This document shows, piece after piece, positions 24,904-36,287 of a DNA stretch of 64,000 nucleotides. The notes below the pieces were generated by a model that was not told the DNA's origin, ran no database searches, and worked only from the letters and a program-made list of their open reading frames with translations. The stretch lies in contig CM060732.1 of NCBI GenBank assembly GCA_030704615.1, forward strand, positions 47,058,001-47,122,000. Direction: 5' to 3'. Within the stretch, counting starts at the first letter, position 1. Every line of letters starts with the position of its first letter. A program made the translations under genes and the position numbers. The DNA is from Takakia lepidozioides. Taxonomy: Eukaryota > Plantae > Bryophyta.

Positions 24904-27900
24904 AAAGACCATGGTGAGCAAGCTTGGGCTTGCATATGAGAAGATCGATGCTTGCCCAAAGGGGTGTGTGTTGTTTAGGGGGGACTTGAAAACTTCAGAG
25001 AGTTGCCCCAAGTGTCAAAGCGCACGATTCAAAAATGTGGGGAGATCCAAGGTACCTGTTAAGGTGCTTCGTCGTTTTCCATTGATACCACGCCTTTTGC
25101 GTATGTATAGATGCTCTTCTATTGCAGAATTAATGACCTGGCATAGTCGAAATGCAAGCAACGATGGCTTTGTGCGCCATGTAGCTGATTCAAAGGCTTG
25201 GAAACACATTGATGCTACCTGGCCCGACTTTGCAACAGAGCCTCGCAATGTAAGGCTTGGTTTTTCCTTCGATGGAGTCAACCCGTTTGGTGATAAGAAC
25301 AATTGCTGGTCAACATGGCCAGTGTTGACGCTGGTATACAACCTACCTCCGTGGCTCACTACAAAGAAGTTCTTTGTCATGCTTACTCTCTTGATTCCAG
25401 GAAAGCAGTCAGTTACAAGTGAGCACATAGATGTGTACTTAACACCACTGATGGAGGAGTTACTTGTTTTGTGGAGGGGGGTTTGGGCATATGACATATG
25501 CAAACATGTTGGTGAGAGAACCTTCATACTATGCGCTATACTACTGTGGAGCATCCACGATTTTCCTGCTTATGGCCTACTTGCAGGATGTGTCACAAAA
25601 GGCTACAAAGGGTGTCCAGTTTGCGGTCCTCATGTAGATGCAAGACACTCTAAAGTTCTGGGCAAAACTGTCTATCAAGGTCACCGCAAGCTCCTCCCTC
25701 AGGCCCATCCATACCGCAGGAACCGCATACACTTCAATGGACAGGTGGACATGCGTGTGAAGCCACATCCGTTCACACCGGTTGAACAACAGGCCGCTGG
25801 TGTTGAGGCTGAAGGTTATGACCTTGACCCCCATGCTTTTCCTAATGCTGAAGTTCATCCAACCAAGGTTCATGGTATCAAAAGGCGCTGTTGCCTATGG
25901 GATTTACCATACTGGAAGGTACCTCCTGCACTTGTACTTGTTTGAGTTCAATGTTCTTTGTAAATGGAAAAGGTAGTGCCCCTATAGTGGTTACTTCTTA
26001 CTTTCCGAGTGGTAAAGTAACAGTACTGCATGTAATTTGGACTTCACATTAATAACTCGTGGAGTGGTCAGAGGTAGTTTCTATGATGCTTAGGAAGTTG
26101 TTGACATCACTTGAGAGGCTAATAATGCACTAAATGAGTTGTTTGAACCACTGAGAATGGACTGTCATGCATCATAGCCACTTTAGACATGGAAGTATAT
26201 AGTGCTCATCAAGGAATCTGATTTGTATAGGACTGTAATCTGTCCCTATGTTCCTGAAATGGTGTCATGTATTGCAGGATCTGTTGCAACGCTACTTACT
26301 GGATCCCATGCATTGCTTGTGAAAACTTGTTGAAGACGATTTTCAGACAGAAGGACACGGTGAAGGTGAGGAACGACATGGAGGTAATCGGCATCGGACG
26401 TCACTTGTGGCTTCGGCTTGATCCACATAACCCTTCACGTATCATGAAACCAACAGCACCGTATGTTCTCACTCCCGCTGAAATCACGATATTTCTTGAT
26501 ACTTTGGGGGCTATCAAAACTCCTTCGGGATTTGCAGGTGCATTTCTGAAACACATACACCCGTCTAGGAAACATTTGACGAGTATGAAGTCCCATGATT
26601 ATCACGTTTTAATGCAACAGATTTTACCTGTGTGTATTCGCCATTGCATAGCTCCAGACCCACGTGGGGTCATTATGCGTGTGAGTCGCATTTCCGCCGG
26701 ATTTGTGCCAAAGTATGGGACCCTAATGAAATAGATTCATTGCGTGAGGATGTTGCTATAACCTTGTGTCTGTTAGAAAAAGAGTTCCCCCCTTCTTTCT
26801 TTGATGTCATGACCCATTTGCTAGTTCATCTCGTAGATGAACTAAACACATGTGGTCCGGTGTCTTCACGGTGGATGTATCCCATGGAGCGTTACATGAA
26901 AGATCTGAAGGGATACGTTAGGAATTACGCAAAGCCAGAAGGGAGTATGGCTGCAGGGTATGTTCTTGATGAGGCCATGGGGTTCATGAGTGAGTATATG
27001 CAATCATTTGATGCAACTCAACGGCGGATTTGGGATGCAAATGCGGAGGAAATGGTTGAGAACGAGGTCTTGGAAGGTGTTGGCAAAAAGCGGGACATGA
27101 GTGGAGCTGAGAGAGATGCAACACATTTGTATGTGCTGAACAATACCAATGTGATGGTTCCTTGGGTGCAGTGAGTTCTTCTTTTCATTGCACCTTAATC
27201 ATATCAAGTTCAATTGCAATTGTGACTGACACCAGTGTAATAAAACCACCCACAAAGTCACAAATGTCAGTGTTTCATCATGATTATAACCACTTCTGTA
27301 GTAATTGAATATCTCAGTGAGTGACTTTTTGGAAGAGCATGTTCATTTACAAGTCATTCTTCTCACTCATCCAGTGGTTTTCAAAGTATCATTCATGCTA
27401 GGTATTTTTTGCAAAGTAATGCAACACTTCATTGCTAACATGTGTCATTCTTGTTGCCATTTTGTGACAGAAAGTATGCAACATAGAAGGCACAGTTCAC
27501 TGCAGACAGAGAGGCATGTGCTCGTGAGTGGCGTGCCAATCGTCGACGTCACCGCAGCCTTCCGATGCCATACCCTCCCCATGTGTTGGAGTTTCCACCC
27601 CTACCGGTATGGATACGTCGTGCAGTCTAGGCCCATGTCTCTGAGCATAGTGTTGACGATACGGATGTAATTCATTTGTCTACCCCCTTCTCATTGAGAT
27701 CAGCTTCATTTCGTGGCATGAAGGCATATGGAAATCATTATCGAGTGGATGACACGGAGAGTCGTCTTCTTGTCTCTTTTGATTATGGAGTTGCATCCGT
27801 CTTCCAGCAACAGTGCAGAAATAGTGTGCGTGATAGAAATCCAGTCATGTCACCATTAGAGTACGTGGGGGTCATCAAAGAGATCTTGAAATTGGATTAT

Positions 27901-28286
27901 GGACGAGTGCACCCCATTGTATTTCGTTGTGCTTGGGTGAGGGCCAACCTCATTGGACAAAATGCTACAATGAAGCGGGATTCGTATGGTTTTCTACTTG
28001 CGAATTTTGGGAGGATGTTACCCGCAATGATCAGCCATTCATCTTTCCATCTCAAGTTGAACAGGTGTTCTTTTCGGATGAGTCCCCAAGTTCGGAGTGG
28101 AAGGTAGTCATTTGGAAGGATCCAAGAGCAAAAAGGATTGTGGCGGACATAGATCAATGTGATATTGGAGAAAATGCATATTTCGATGGCCTTCAGGCAC
28201 CGTCTACCTTATCAGATCAGCCAATACCTAGGTCATTAGATGGTGCCACGACTCTAATTAAAGAAGACCTGGCTATGTTGGCTACC
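24904..28286 (+). pseudogene. CACTA/EnSpm TnpD-like transposase (Transposase_21, DUF4218, DUF4216-like parts), with probable introns
   Basis: KIDACPKGC, DGVNPF, YNLPPW, HDFPAYG, MKSHDYH, FFDVMTHL, WMYPMERYM, PFIFPSQVEQVFF. Candidate introns ~25919-26278 and ~27170-27470. Confidence 0.92.
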
Positions 28287-28371
28287 TGTCGTGCGCATAC
28301 ATATCGCTACACAACTACATCGCTGTCCAAACCACACCACACATATATGCACAATAAAGTAGTCTGCCACA
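28287..28371 (-). repeat. Repeat b2 (85 bp, TG...CA), 3' terminus of the element
   Basis: Identical to 28692-28776. Confidence 0.95.
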
Positions 28372-28689
28372 AAGAAATATGAAATCCATCACTATCACTC
28401 ATTGAAACAGAAGTCGAGCCAGGGGCACCCCAAGCTATGGGGACTCCACCCCACAACAACCTACACTCCCATCATAAGCACACTGATATCTGAATCGATG
28501 AAGGAGCTCGGTCGCGCAGGCTCAACTCGAGAAAGATGAGCCGCGCGACTGCCGCTCTCGTGAAGATAAGACGGACCAGGTGTCAAACTAAACTTGACAC
28601 CTGATTTAACACGACCTAAATCCAAGTGTTAAATACAAATAACTAGTTTTATTCTAGCTGTTTTCACACTGTGCTTATTTAACTTGACA
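28372..28689 (-). repeat. Repeat a2 (318 bp)
   Basis: Matches 39775-40094 apart from a 2-bp indel. Confidence 0.95.
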
Positions 28690-28691
28690 GC

Positions 28692-28776
28692 TGTCGTGCG
28701 CATACATATCGCTACACAACTACATCGCTGTCCAAACCACACCACACATATATGCACAATAAAGTAGTCTGCCACA
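28692..28776 (-). repeat. Repeat b1 (85 bp), immediately after the PPT
   Basis: Identical to 28287-28371. Preceded on the minus strand by CTAGGGGGGCGAT (28777-28789) and joined to a2 through CA-GC-TG. Confidence 0.95.
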
Positions 28777-29036
28777 ATCGCCCCCCTAGCTGGTGGATAG
28801 GTCCCTCTACCTCCAGATAGCTACAAGATGTAATAGCCACAGCCGTACTAAGTCCTCTATCACTGTTCCTATTGTACTCAAACTCTATAGACCAAGAGGC
28901 CGGGTACAAGAGTAGCCCCATCGTTAGTCGCCATCTTGCAATCTGTGAACTTGAGCCAAGACCTCGTGTGTTCAAGGTCTCCTAGTAGCTGGGCCTTGCG
29001 TTGCTTGTTAGCCTCCCATGGTTGTATCCACTCCCA

Positions 29037-30803
29037 CTATCCAATGCATTGTGGACATAACCAATCCCCATCTGGAACCATCTCAAGAGGTGGAGTCAAG
29101 CACCCCATATGCCAACCTCTAGAGCATCGATCACACACCAGCATGGTGGCTGCCCCTTTAGCAGACCCACACAACATGCACCTCAAACTTGCAGATACCA
29201 CTGCCAGGTTTGGGTCAATCCTGCCATCGACATTCGGAAGGTGACATGGCGCACAATTACGCACATGGTCCTTCCAAGTTATGCCATCCCGACCCTCCAA
29301 GACCAAGACGCCTGAGGGCAAGACCTCTCGAACCCTCAAAATAACACGTCCTGCAGTCACATCCAGGGTCGTAGGAGCAGTCTGCTGCAGATAGACATAG
29401 TCACCAGGGTTGAATCTCCGAACCCCAGGACGATAGCCCCCACCACGTATGGTAGCATACCTCAACGTATCACGGTGTTGTGCAATGGCAAGGTTCTCGA
29501 AAGCCATGGGCATGACTCTCTTGAACAACTCTGCACGCTGCTCACATGCACGTGCCCACACGTCCGGATCGTCAAGGTTAAGAACTGTAGCAGCTTCTCT
29601 GCGAATGGATGTAGGCAAATCCGGCTCTCGGCCAAAGAGAAGAAAGTATGGTGAGAAAGAGGCAAGTGATGCTTGCTTGCTGAACCTGTAGCCCATGGCT
29701 AACCAGGGTAACTGAAGGTCCCAATCTCCTAGGTGTCCCTTCTGCAAGCCATACTTGCGCAAACCCCTCTTTACTGTCTGAACAACTCTCTCTGCCAAGC
29801 CATCGGCTTCAGGATGATCCCGAGAAGTGGTGCGGTGGTCTATCAAGGCCTTGTCACACAAAGCCTGAAACTCCCCCAAGAACTCTCTCCCTTGGTCCGT
29901 GAGTACCTCAGCTGGAGCACCGAACCGGCTAAGCACACAATCCAGGAATGCATACGCAGCTCCCTCACTAGCCTTATCAGGCAATGGAACCAATTCAATC
30001 CATTTGGAGAAGTGCTCCACCATCACCAACACGTACTTGTTGTGGCGCATGGTCAGTGGCAACGGCCCTGCGAAGTCAAGACTCCACCTGTAGCCCAATC
30101 CCATGATCGGAAGAGGGTGCAATTGTGGCGTAGGGGCGTTGAATGAAGCACGCACCCTGTCACACACCATGCACCTAGCCACAAATTGTTGCACCTCTGT
30201 GTGCATACCACGCCACCAATACTGCCCCTGCAGTAGACTATGAGTGCGTCGCACCCCAAAATGCCCCAACTCCTCATGGGCATGCCGCACTAACCGTGCC
30301 CGCTGTGTTGGGTGAGGCACAATCCTCACTCGACCATCCTCCCACACTCGGAGCAGGTGTGTCCCCTCCCACCTGAACCTCTTGGCTCGTTGTAGGATCC
30401 GATCCCTCTCCTTGGCAGTCATAGTGGCTGCCGTGTCTCCACTGCGGAGGTAGTCCAACACAACTGAATCCTCATGTATATCTTTGGCGCCACCCTGCTC
30501 ATTGCTGGCCTCAGGGTCCTCAGACACTTGATCTACAGTCATCCCTGTTGTAGGTCCAACCTGGCCTTCCGCTGCCAAGATACACAGAAATGCAGATGCA
30601 TGCCATCCGGGCACCATCTCCTCGTCTGTCTCACCATGCCACCGAGCTCCAGTGTCATCCTGCTGGCTCGTGCATGGATTGCGACTCAACCCATCTGCAT
30701 TTCGATTGATCAAACCCGGTCGATGCACCACCTGAAAGTCATACTCTTGAAGGATGAGTGCCCACCGTGCAAGCTTCCCCGTAAGCTTGTCTGACTCCAT
30801 CAA
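29037..30803 (-). CDS. RNase H tail + DDE integrase with C-terminal PHD finger
   Basis: LARWAL, HEELGHFG..YWW..CMVC, WSLDFAG, LTDQG, ADGLAER. PHD: CMLC...CDRC...HMGC...WLCPQC. Confidence 0.93.
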   Translation of the reverse strand: MMESDKLTGKLARWALILQEYDFQVVHRPGLINRNADGLSRNPCTSQQDDTGARWHGETDEEMVPGWHASAFLCILAAEGQVGPTTGMTVDQVSEDPEASNEQGGAKDIHEDSVVLDYLRSGDTAATMTAKERDRILQRAKRFRWEGTHLLRVWEDGRVRIVPHPTQRARLVRHAHEELGHFGVRRTHSLLQGQYWWRGMHTEVQQFVARCMVCDRVRASFNAPTPQLHPLPIMGLGYRWSLDFAGPLPLTMRHNKYVLVMVEHFSKWIELVPLPDKASEGAAYAFLDCVLSRFGAPAEVLTDQGREFLGEFQALCDKALIDHRTTSRDHPEADGLAERVVQTVKRGLRKYGLQKGHLGDWDLQLPWLAMGYRFSKQASLASFSPYFLLFGREPDLPTSIRREAATVLNLDDPDVWARACEQRAELFKRVMPMAFENLAIAQHRDTLRYATIRGGGYRPGVRRFNPGDYVYLQQTAPTTLDVTAGRVILRVREVLPSGVLVLEGRDGITWKDHVRNCAPCHLPNVDGRIDPNLAVVSASLRCMLCGSAKGAATMLVCDRCSRGWHMGCLTPPLEMVPDGDWLCPQCIG

Positions 30804-31926
30804 CTAAGCATTCTCCCTCATATGAGCTATACTTAGACTCTGCAGCATTGTTCGAGCGGCTAGCATAAGCCACTATGAACTCTCTTCCCTCATCATCCAC
30901 CTGTGTGAGCACCGCTCCAAGCCCCAGCATGCTCCAATCTGTATGCAGCTGAAAAGGACGCCCCCTGATAGGTCGTCTCAAGATGGGCGCCGAGGTCAAC
31001 CTCGCCTTGAGCTCTTGAAAAGCTTGTTCTTGCTCATCTTCCCACTGCCACTCCTGGTCCACCTTGGTCAGCCTGGTTAGAGCCTTTGCAATGGCACTAA
31101 ATCCCTTAACAAACCGTCTGTAATAGTTTGCTAACCCCATGAAAGCTCGAACTCGGCTCACATCCGTGGGGCGTGGAACCTGTGCAATGGACTCTACCTT
31201 AGTCTGCTGTACCCCCAATCCTCCAGGATATATCATGTGACCCAGATACTCAATCTGGTTGTGGAAAAACTTGCACTTGCCCGGATGTAACTTCAATCCG
31301 TGCGTCCTCAAGCGCTCAAATACCCCCTGAAGGTGTCTCTCATGCTCCTCCACCGTAGCACTAAAGATGATGATGTCATCTATGTAGCACCGAGCAAACT
31401 CCACCCCTGCTAGAATCTTGTCCATGACTCTTTGAAACTCAGCGGGAGCGTTTTTAAGCCCAAATGGTAAGAACCGCCACTGGTATAGGCAATCCTTCCC
31501 GTGCTCGTTGATCCCCCAGAATGCCGTTTTTTGCTTATCCGCCTCCTTGATCGGCAACTGGTGATATCCGGATCGTAAATCCAACGTGCTAAAGACCTTG
31601 GAATGCCCAATGGCATCAAAGATCTCCTCTGGTGTTGGCATGGCATACCTATCGGACTTGGTCTGACGATTTACAGGCCGGTAATCACCGCACATACGTC
31701 TCTCCGTCCAATTGCCATAGACATCCTTCTTAGCTGGCATCACTGTGGCTGAAGCATACTCTCCACCAGAGAGCTCCACCAAACCTGCCTCCCAGAGATC
31801 TTGAGTCCTCATCTGAATCAAAGACCTCTCCATGTCACTGTATCTATAGGGTCTCCGAAAGATTGGCGTGTCAGTGGCCAACTCAATACGGATCTCTTGA
31901 CCTTTCAGTGCTCCCAAGTCCTTCAA
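30739..31926 (-). CDS. Reverse transcriptase + partial RNase H (internal deletion and frameshift after SSYEGECL)
   Basis: [45 protein letters not shown]. Confidence 0.93.
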   Translation of the reverse strand: MKDLGALKGQEIRIELATDTPIFRRPYRYSDMERSLIQMRTQDLWEAGLVELSGGEYASATVMPAKKDVYGNWTERRMCGDYRPVNRQTKSDRYAMPTPEEIFDAIGHSKVFSTLDLRSGYHQLPIKEADKQKTAFWGINEHGKDCLYQWRFLPFGLKNAPAEFQRVMDKILAGVEFARCYIDDIIIFSATVEEHERHLQGVFERLRTHGLKLHPGKCKFFHNQIEYLGHMIYPGGLGVQQTKVESIAQVPRPTDVSRVRAFMGLANYYRRFVKGFSAIAKALTRLTKVDQEWQWEDEQEQAFQELKARLTSAPILRRPIRGRPFQLHTDWSMLGLGAVLTQVDDEGREFIVAYASRSNNAAESKYSSYEGECLVDGVRQAYGEACTVGTHPSRV

Positions 31927-32085
31927 ACTGAAGGCACAGCAATTCCTATAAGCCCTCAGGAACCGCCGTATACGTCGTCTCTCTCCTCCGGTGACAATGG
32001 GTCCAATGTCAGGCTCCCAATTGTCCTCCGTAACTGCAACCTTAAGTCCAGTGGGCTTAGAGGTAGAGGACGCGTCCCGTGGTTG

Positions 32086-35000
32086 CTATGCTGCAACCTC
32101 TTGAGCAGTACCCCCTTCCTGCTCAGTCAATGACAAGGCCTCATCCTGCCCCATCGTCTCATCATTGAGAACCTCCTCATCCCGAGAAGAATCCCCAACC
32201 TCATCCATCACAGCTGCCTTCGCTGCCAACTCCCTCTGAACCTCGAGCACCTCCCACATGTGCCATGGATGTCTACACCTCGTGGTCCTCACCGGCTCGG
32301 CCCCACTTGCTGCCTGTACCGTCTCGGTAGGCAGAGAGACCGTCAAGGGAAGTGCACTCCGCACTCTACGTTGCTCAGCCATAGCCAAGCTGACAATCCA
32401 AGTCAAGCAATTGAGATCCATTGCTTGTCCCAACACCTGACGACGTGATGCCTCAGAAAGAGAAGGCACCGCCGTGGTCCCAGTGGAAAACCCCATAGCC
32501 CGCTCTCGCTCGTCGGCATTAGGCTCCACTAACTGCTGCAACTGAGCATCCCACAAGAGGCCAGGTCCACCATCCCGAAAAGCATGGGATCCTGGGAAGC
32601 TGAGCAGTGTAGGTAATGCTGCTCGTGGTTGACCCACCCTGTTGACCACTGCCAAAGGCGAACGGTCATCGTGTCTCACACGTTGAGACTGCCTTCCTGT
32701 GTCCAAAATGCCATCCACGGTGAGGTGTGCTGGCCGCTGCACCCCATCAAATGCACGCTTGAGCAGTGCGGGTGGCATCAAGTTAGTCCACCATAGTCGT
32801 GGACGATGAGCCCGTGACCCCACTGCAGCTGCATCCAGCAACACTGCGGACCCAAGCCACGACCGGACTTGATGCACACTGGCCATCACCCTGGCCCAAG
32901 AATCACCCATCAGTGGGACATTCTCCAAGATGTATGCTGGAGATACAGCTTGATGAAGCTGCAAGCAGCGTAAAATCCGCACCATCTCCCAAAACAGACC
33001 CGTCCTCGAGTCTCGCAATCCATTGCCATGCCCGGCTGATGAATGCCCTTGGCAGGGCCAACCTGCCACTATCAGATCAATGGAGCCAACCTGCTCCAAA
33101 TCTTGCGCCCCCAACAAGGAAATGTCTGCTGGCAAGGCTTGTTGGTATCCACGAACTGCAGACACAGGCAACAAGTCAGGGTACTGCTGTACCAACTGAG
33201 CCACATGGCGCAGTGAGACACGTCGTGCAGTCTCATCCCTCTCCACATACAGGTAACGCCTTACCCGCACACCTGCCTGTAGCACAGCAGCCAATCCAGT
33301 GCTGATCCCGCCAAACAAGTCCAGAAGGCAAATGCCTTCATCCGGCCGCTGCCACACAAGAGGTGTGGTGTCCAATGGCGACAACTGAGGTGGCCCTGGT
33401 GCAATCACCGCACTCTCCTCCTCCCCTGACGGTACAAAAGCTTCTTCCCAAGCTTGTTGCACCCGTCCATCAGCAGCTTGCTGCAAATCCTTGCTCGTAC
33501 CCCACAACGGAGTGTGAGCAATCATGGCAGGCAACTCCGCCGTACCATGCATGTCATCCAGCTCTGCTGGAGGTGGCACATCCTCTGCATGGGCATTGCC
33601 TTCCAGCAACTCTCCAGGCCAACTAACGGCAGCTGTGAAGGCGGCTAGTGTTGGCATCTTGCCCCGCTGGGCAGCTGCAATACCCCCAATGAATGTCACA
33701 GGGAGCTGTGCACGGCGACCATCCCCCGACTGCCATCCAGGCCTGTAGGATGCTGACTCCTCCCAGAAATCCAGGGTGAAGCCCATGGGGTATAACACTG
33801 CCCCACCAACGAGGACATCGTAAGAGACCGCGTCTGTCACAATGGCCTTGGCTCGCATCACTGAGCCATCTACAGGATGATCCGGCTGCAGTCTAATAGC
33901 CAACTGATGTCGTGTCATGCCGCGAGCCTGCTCTGATCCTCCCAGAGATGTATGTATCTGGAAAGGACAAGGCTCCATATCCGCCTCCATGAGGCCCAAA
34001 CCTGCAATAGCAGCTCTGCCCAACATCAGTGGCTGAGCTCCTGAGTCCAACAAGACCCGCAGTGGCCGGTACTTCTTGCCTGCCGGTCCACTCAAAGTGA
34101 AAATGCCTCCCTGGTTGTCTAACAAGACAACTCCAGGTGTCACCATGGCGCGCTCAATGGCTGGCCTAGCTGGCAGCTCCGTCAACCTGGCAGCTGCAAC
34201 TTGCCATGGCGCAGCTGTGGCAGTCTTGACCCTCAAATCCGAGGATCCCTCTGCCACTACACCTTCCACTAACTCCGCAGAAGATGAAGTGACCTCCCCA
34301 CTCTCACAGAGTGTTGCTGCTAGTCTGAACACTGCAGCTGGTCTCACCCCCGGCGTCGCAATCATTGTTGCCGAGAACAGTGGGGCCTGACACACAGAGG
34401 TGGCTGCCCCCAATAACACACCGGCCGCACTAGCCTTGGCAGCAGGAGTCAATGCTGCACGTGTGGCTCTCCCCAATGGCATAGTAACCTCCGCCTCGGT
34501 AACAGTCGGGCGAGAACTAGGTGCCATGGATGGCGTCGACACAGTCTCCGCCAATGTGAATGACTGAGGAAGCCTTGCCTGACGGCTTGCCTCCCCACGC
34601 TGTGGATCCAATTCCACCTCTGCACCTCGTGGCTCAGGAACTCGTGCTGCTCCTCGAGTCACGGCTGCAGCAGACTCCACCTGCTCTAGTGGTAGTGCTG
34701 CTCCGCACATAAATCCCATGCCTCCCATATCTCCTCCCTCAGGAGCAGGAGGTGGACCATCCCGTCTGGGAGCCGGTACCGCCTGAGCTATAGCCATGGC
34801 AGCGAGCCTCTGCTCTAGCTGCTGAAGCCGGTTGGCCATGCCTTGATCAACGCCCTGACCTCCGCGTCCTTGGCCATGTTGAGCTTGCCCTTGGCCTGCA
34901 CCTCGTGCCCGACCACCTCGTCCTCTCTGGGCTGGTCCACCTCGCCCCCGGCCACCATTGTTCCCTTGGAACTGGCCTGGGCGCAACTCAGGATGCAAGT

Positions 35001-35457
35001 CATAACACTGGGCATCTCCATGCCCATACTTGCCACAATGCCCACACTGCAACTGTGCAGGCTGTGCTTGTGCCGGCCTTCTGCCACTCTCTGGGCAATC
35101 TCTCTTGACATGGGGTCCTCCACATGTCCAACATATCACCCCTGGTTGTTGTTGGCCTGCAAAAGATGCCACGGGCCTCTGCACCTGAGGTCCCCTGTAA
35201 GCTCCATGGAACTTGGGCTGGGCAACCTTGCCCCCCTGACCACGCTGTTGGGCAGTCCCTTGTGCTTGTGGGCTGACAGCTGTGCCCCGTACAGGCATGT
35301 CCTTGCCAAATCCAATTGTAACAACTCGCTCCTCCACCATGTTGAGCTCAATCCGCTCAGCCAGCAAAAACACATCTGCTAATGTGGGTTGGGCTGCTTG
35401 TAACAGGGTTGCATCTCGCACCCTTCTCTTGAGCTCTTGTCCAGAATTCCATACCAA
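32086..35457 (-). CDS. Gag C-terminus (2 CCHC knuckles) + aspartic protease + C5 cytosine DNA methyltransferase (~32390-33335)
   Basis: CWTCGGPHVKRDC, CGHCGKYGH...C, LLDSGA. MTase motifs I LDLFGG, II VERD, IV GWPCQ, VI ENV, VIII HRPRLWW, IX ERERAMGF, X LGQAM. Confidence 0.93.
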   Translation of the reverse strand: MVWNSGQELKRRVRDATLLQAAQPTLADVFLLAERIELNMVEERVVTIGFGKDMPVRGTAVSPQAQGTAQQRGQGGKVAQPKFHGAYRGPQVQRPVASFAGQQQPGVICWTCGGPHVKRDCPESGRRPAQAQPAQLQCGHCGKYGHGDAQCYDLHPELRPGQFQGNNGGRGRGGPAQRGRGGRARGAGQGQAQHGQGRGGQGVDQGMANRLQQLEQRLAAMAIAQAVPAPRRDGPPPAPEGGDMGGMGFMCGAALPLEQVESAAAVTRGAARVPEPRGAEVELDPQRGEASRQARLPQSFTLAETVSTPSMAPSSRPTVTEAEVTMPLGRATRAALTPAAKASAAGVLLGAATSVCQAPLFSATMIATPGVRPAAVFRLAATLCESGEVTSSSAELVEGVVAEGSSDLRVKTATAAPWQVAAARLTELPARPAIERAMVTPGVVLLDNQGGIFTLSGPAGKKYRPLRVLLDSGAQPLMLGRAAIAGLGLMEADMEPCPFQIHTSLGGSEQARGMTRHQLAIRLQPDHPVDGSVMRAKAIVTDAVSYDVLVGGAVLYPMGFTLDFWEESASYRPGWQSGDGRRAQLPVTFIGGIAAAQRGKMPTLAAFTAAVSWPGELLEGNAHAEDVPPPAELDDMHGTAELPAMIAHTPLWGTSKDLQQAADGRVQQAWEEAFVPSGEEESAVIAPGPPQLSPLDTTPLVWQRPDEGICLLDLFGGISTGLAAVLQAGVRVRRYLYVERDETARRVSLRHVAQLVQQYPDLLPVSAVRGYQQALPADISLLGAQDLEQVGSIDLIVAGWPCQGHSSAGHGNGLRDSRTGLFWEMVRILRCLQLHQAVSPAYILENVPLMGDSWARVMASVHQVRSWLGSAVLLDAAAVGSRAHRPRLWWTNLMPPALLKRAFDGVQRPAHLTVDGILDTGRQSQRVRHDDRSPLAVVNRVGQPRAALPTLLSFPGSHAFRDGGPGLLWDAQLQQLVEPNADERERAMGFSTGTTAVPSLSEASRRQVLGQAMDLNCLTWIVSLAMAEQRRVRSALPLTVSLPTETVQAASGAEPVRTTRCRHPWHMWEVLEVQRELAAKAAVMDEVGDSSRDEEVLNDETMGQDEALSLTEQEGGTAQEVAA

Positions 35458-36287
35458 AACTGGATTGCCTGAGCTTCAGTAACCCCTTGGGTCACACTTA
35501 TCAAGCGCCTCATACGAGTGTACGCCTCTCGCAGGCTCTCACTGGGTTTGCGCTGGAAGTCTTGCAAACTTCGCAGCTTCTCTGTCCGTACACCTTGGTA
35601 GTTCCTCCGCAACTCCTGGAAGAACTCCACCACCGGGTTGAATCTAGGCACATGTGTTGTAGTTGTGGCAGGAGGAGTAGTAGCACCTTTTGAACTGGTA
35701 CCACCTGCAGAAGTACCAGCACTATCTGCTCCACTACTAGTGCTGGCAGTGGGAGCTATTGGTACTGATGCAGCTACTGGTCGCGTCGTGCCTCGAGTAA
35801 TGGAGACGTAGTCAGGTGACCAATACATCCTCCACTCCTCAATCTCTGCTTCATGTCCTCGCCTGAACTCGTGGTAATCGTCCATAGGCGGGCCTTCCAA
35901 ATGCTGGAACAATCCCTTCCACGCCATGAATGGGGTGAATAGCTGTGGATTGCGCATCTGCTGCAAATCACACCAGCTGTCGAACTCCTGGATAAAGTCA
36001 TCCAACTCGATTGTGCCCACAGCTCCAGAGTACCTACAAGGCCCCTTGGTAGCTCCATACATCTCCTCCATGTCGTCCCACAACAATGGCGAATGAAAGT
36101 GCACACCTGTTGATGAAGCCTCCGAGTCTGTGTCTGACTCTACAGTAATTGAGGGTGGCGGTGAAGGTGGTCTGAACCGAATACCTCGTCTTGTGAACCC
36201 ACTCTCACTATTACTGCCTGTAGCCGTACTCCCCTCAAAACCCTTGGGTAACTCCGTAATGACACTCACAATGTGCACCTCCTCCAC
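35379..36287 (-). CDS. Gag N-terminal (capsid-like) region; 1-nt frameshift into the next ORF at ~35435
   Basis: YSGAVG..ELDDFI.EF..WC and FQRKPSESLREAYTRM. WYGILDK joins ELKRRV with one missing G. Confidence 0.75.
   Translation of the reverse strand: MEEVHIVSVITELPKGFEGSTATGSNSESGFTRRGIRFRPPSPPPSITVESDTDSEASSTGVHFHSPLLWDDMEEMYGATKGPCRYSGAVGTIELDDFIQEFDSWCDLQQMRNPQLFTPFMAWKGLFQHLEGPPMDDYHEFRRGHEAEIEEWRMYWSPDYVSITRGTTRPVAASVPIAPTASTSSGADSAGTSAGGTSSKGATTPPATTTTHVPRFNPVVEFFQELRRNYQGVRTEKLRSLQDFQRKPSESLREAYTRMRRLISVTQGVTEAQAIQFWYGILDKSSREGCEMQPCYKQPNPH

Noticed and set aside
35430-35445. Programmed gag frameshift in the MTase element
   Set aside because: No slippery heptamer. It falls mid-gag and is explained by one missing G, i.e. 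mutation or sequencing error.
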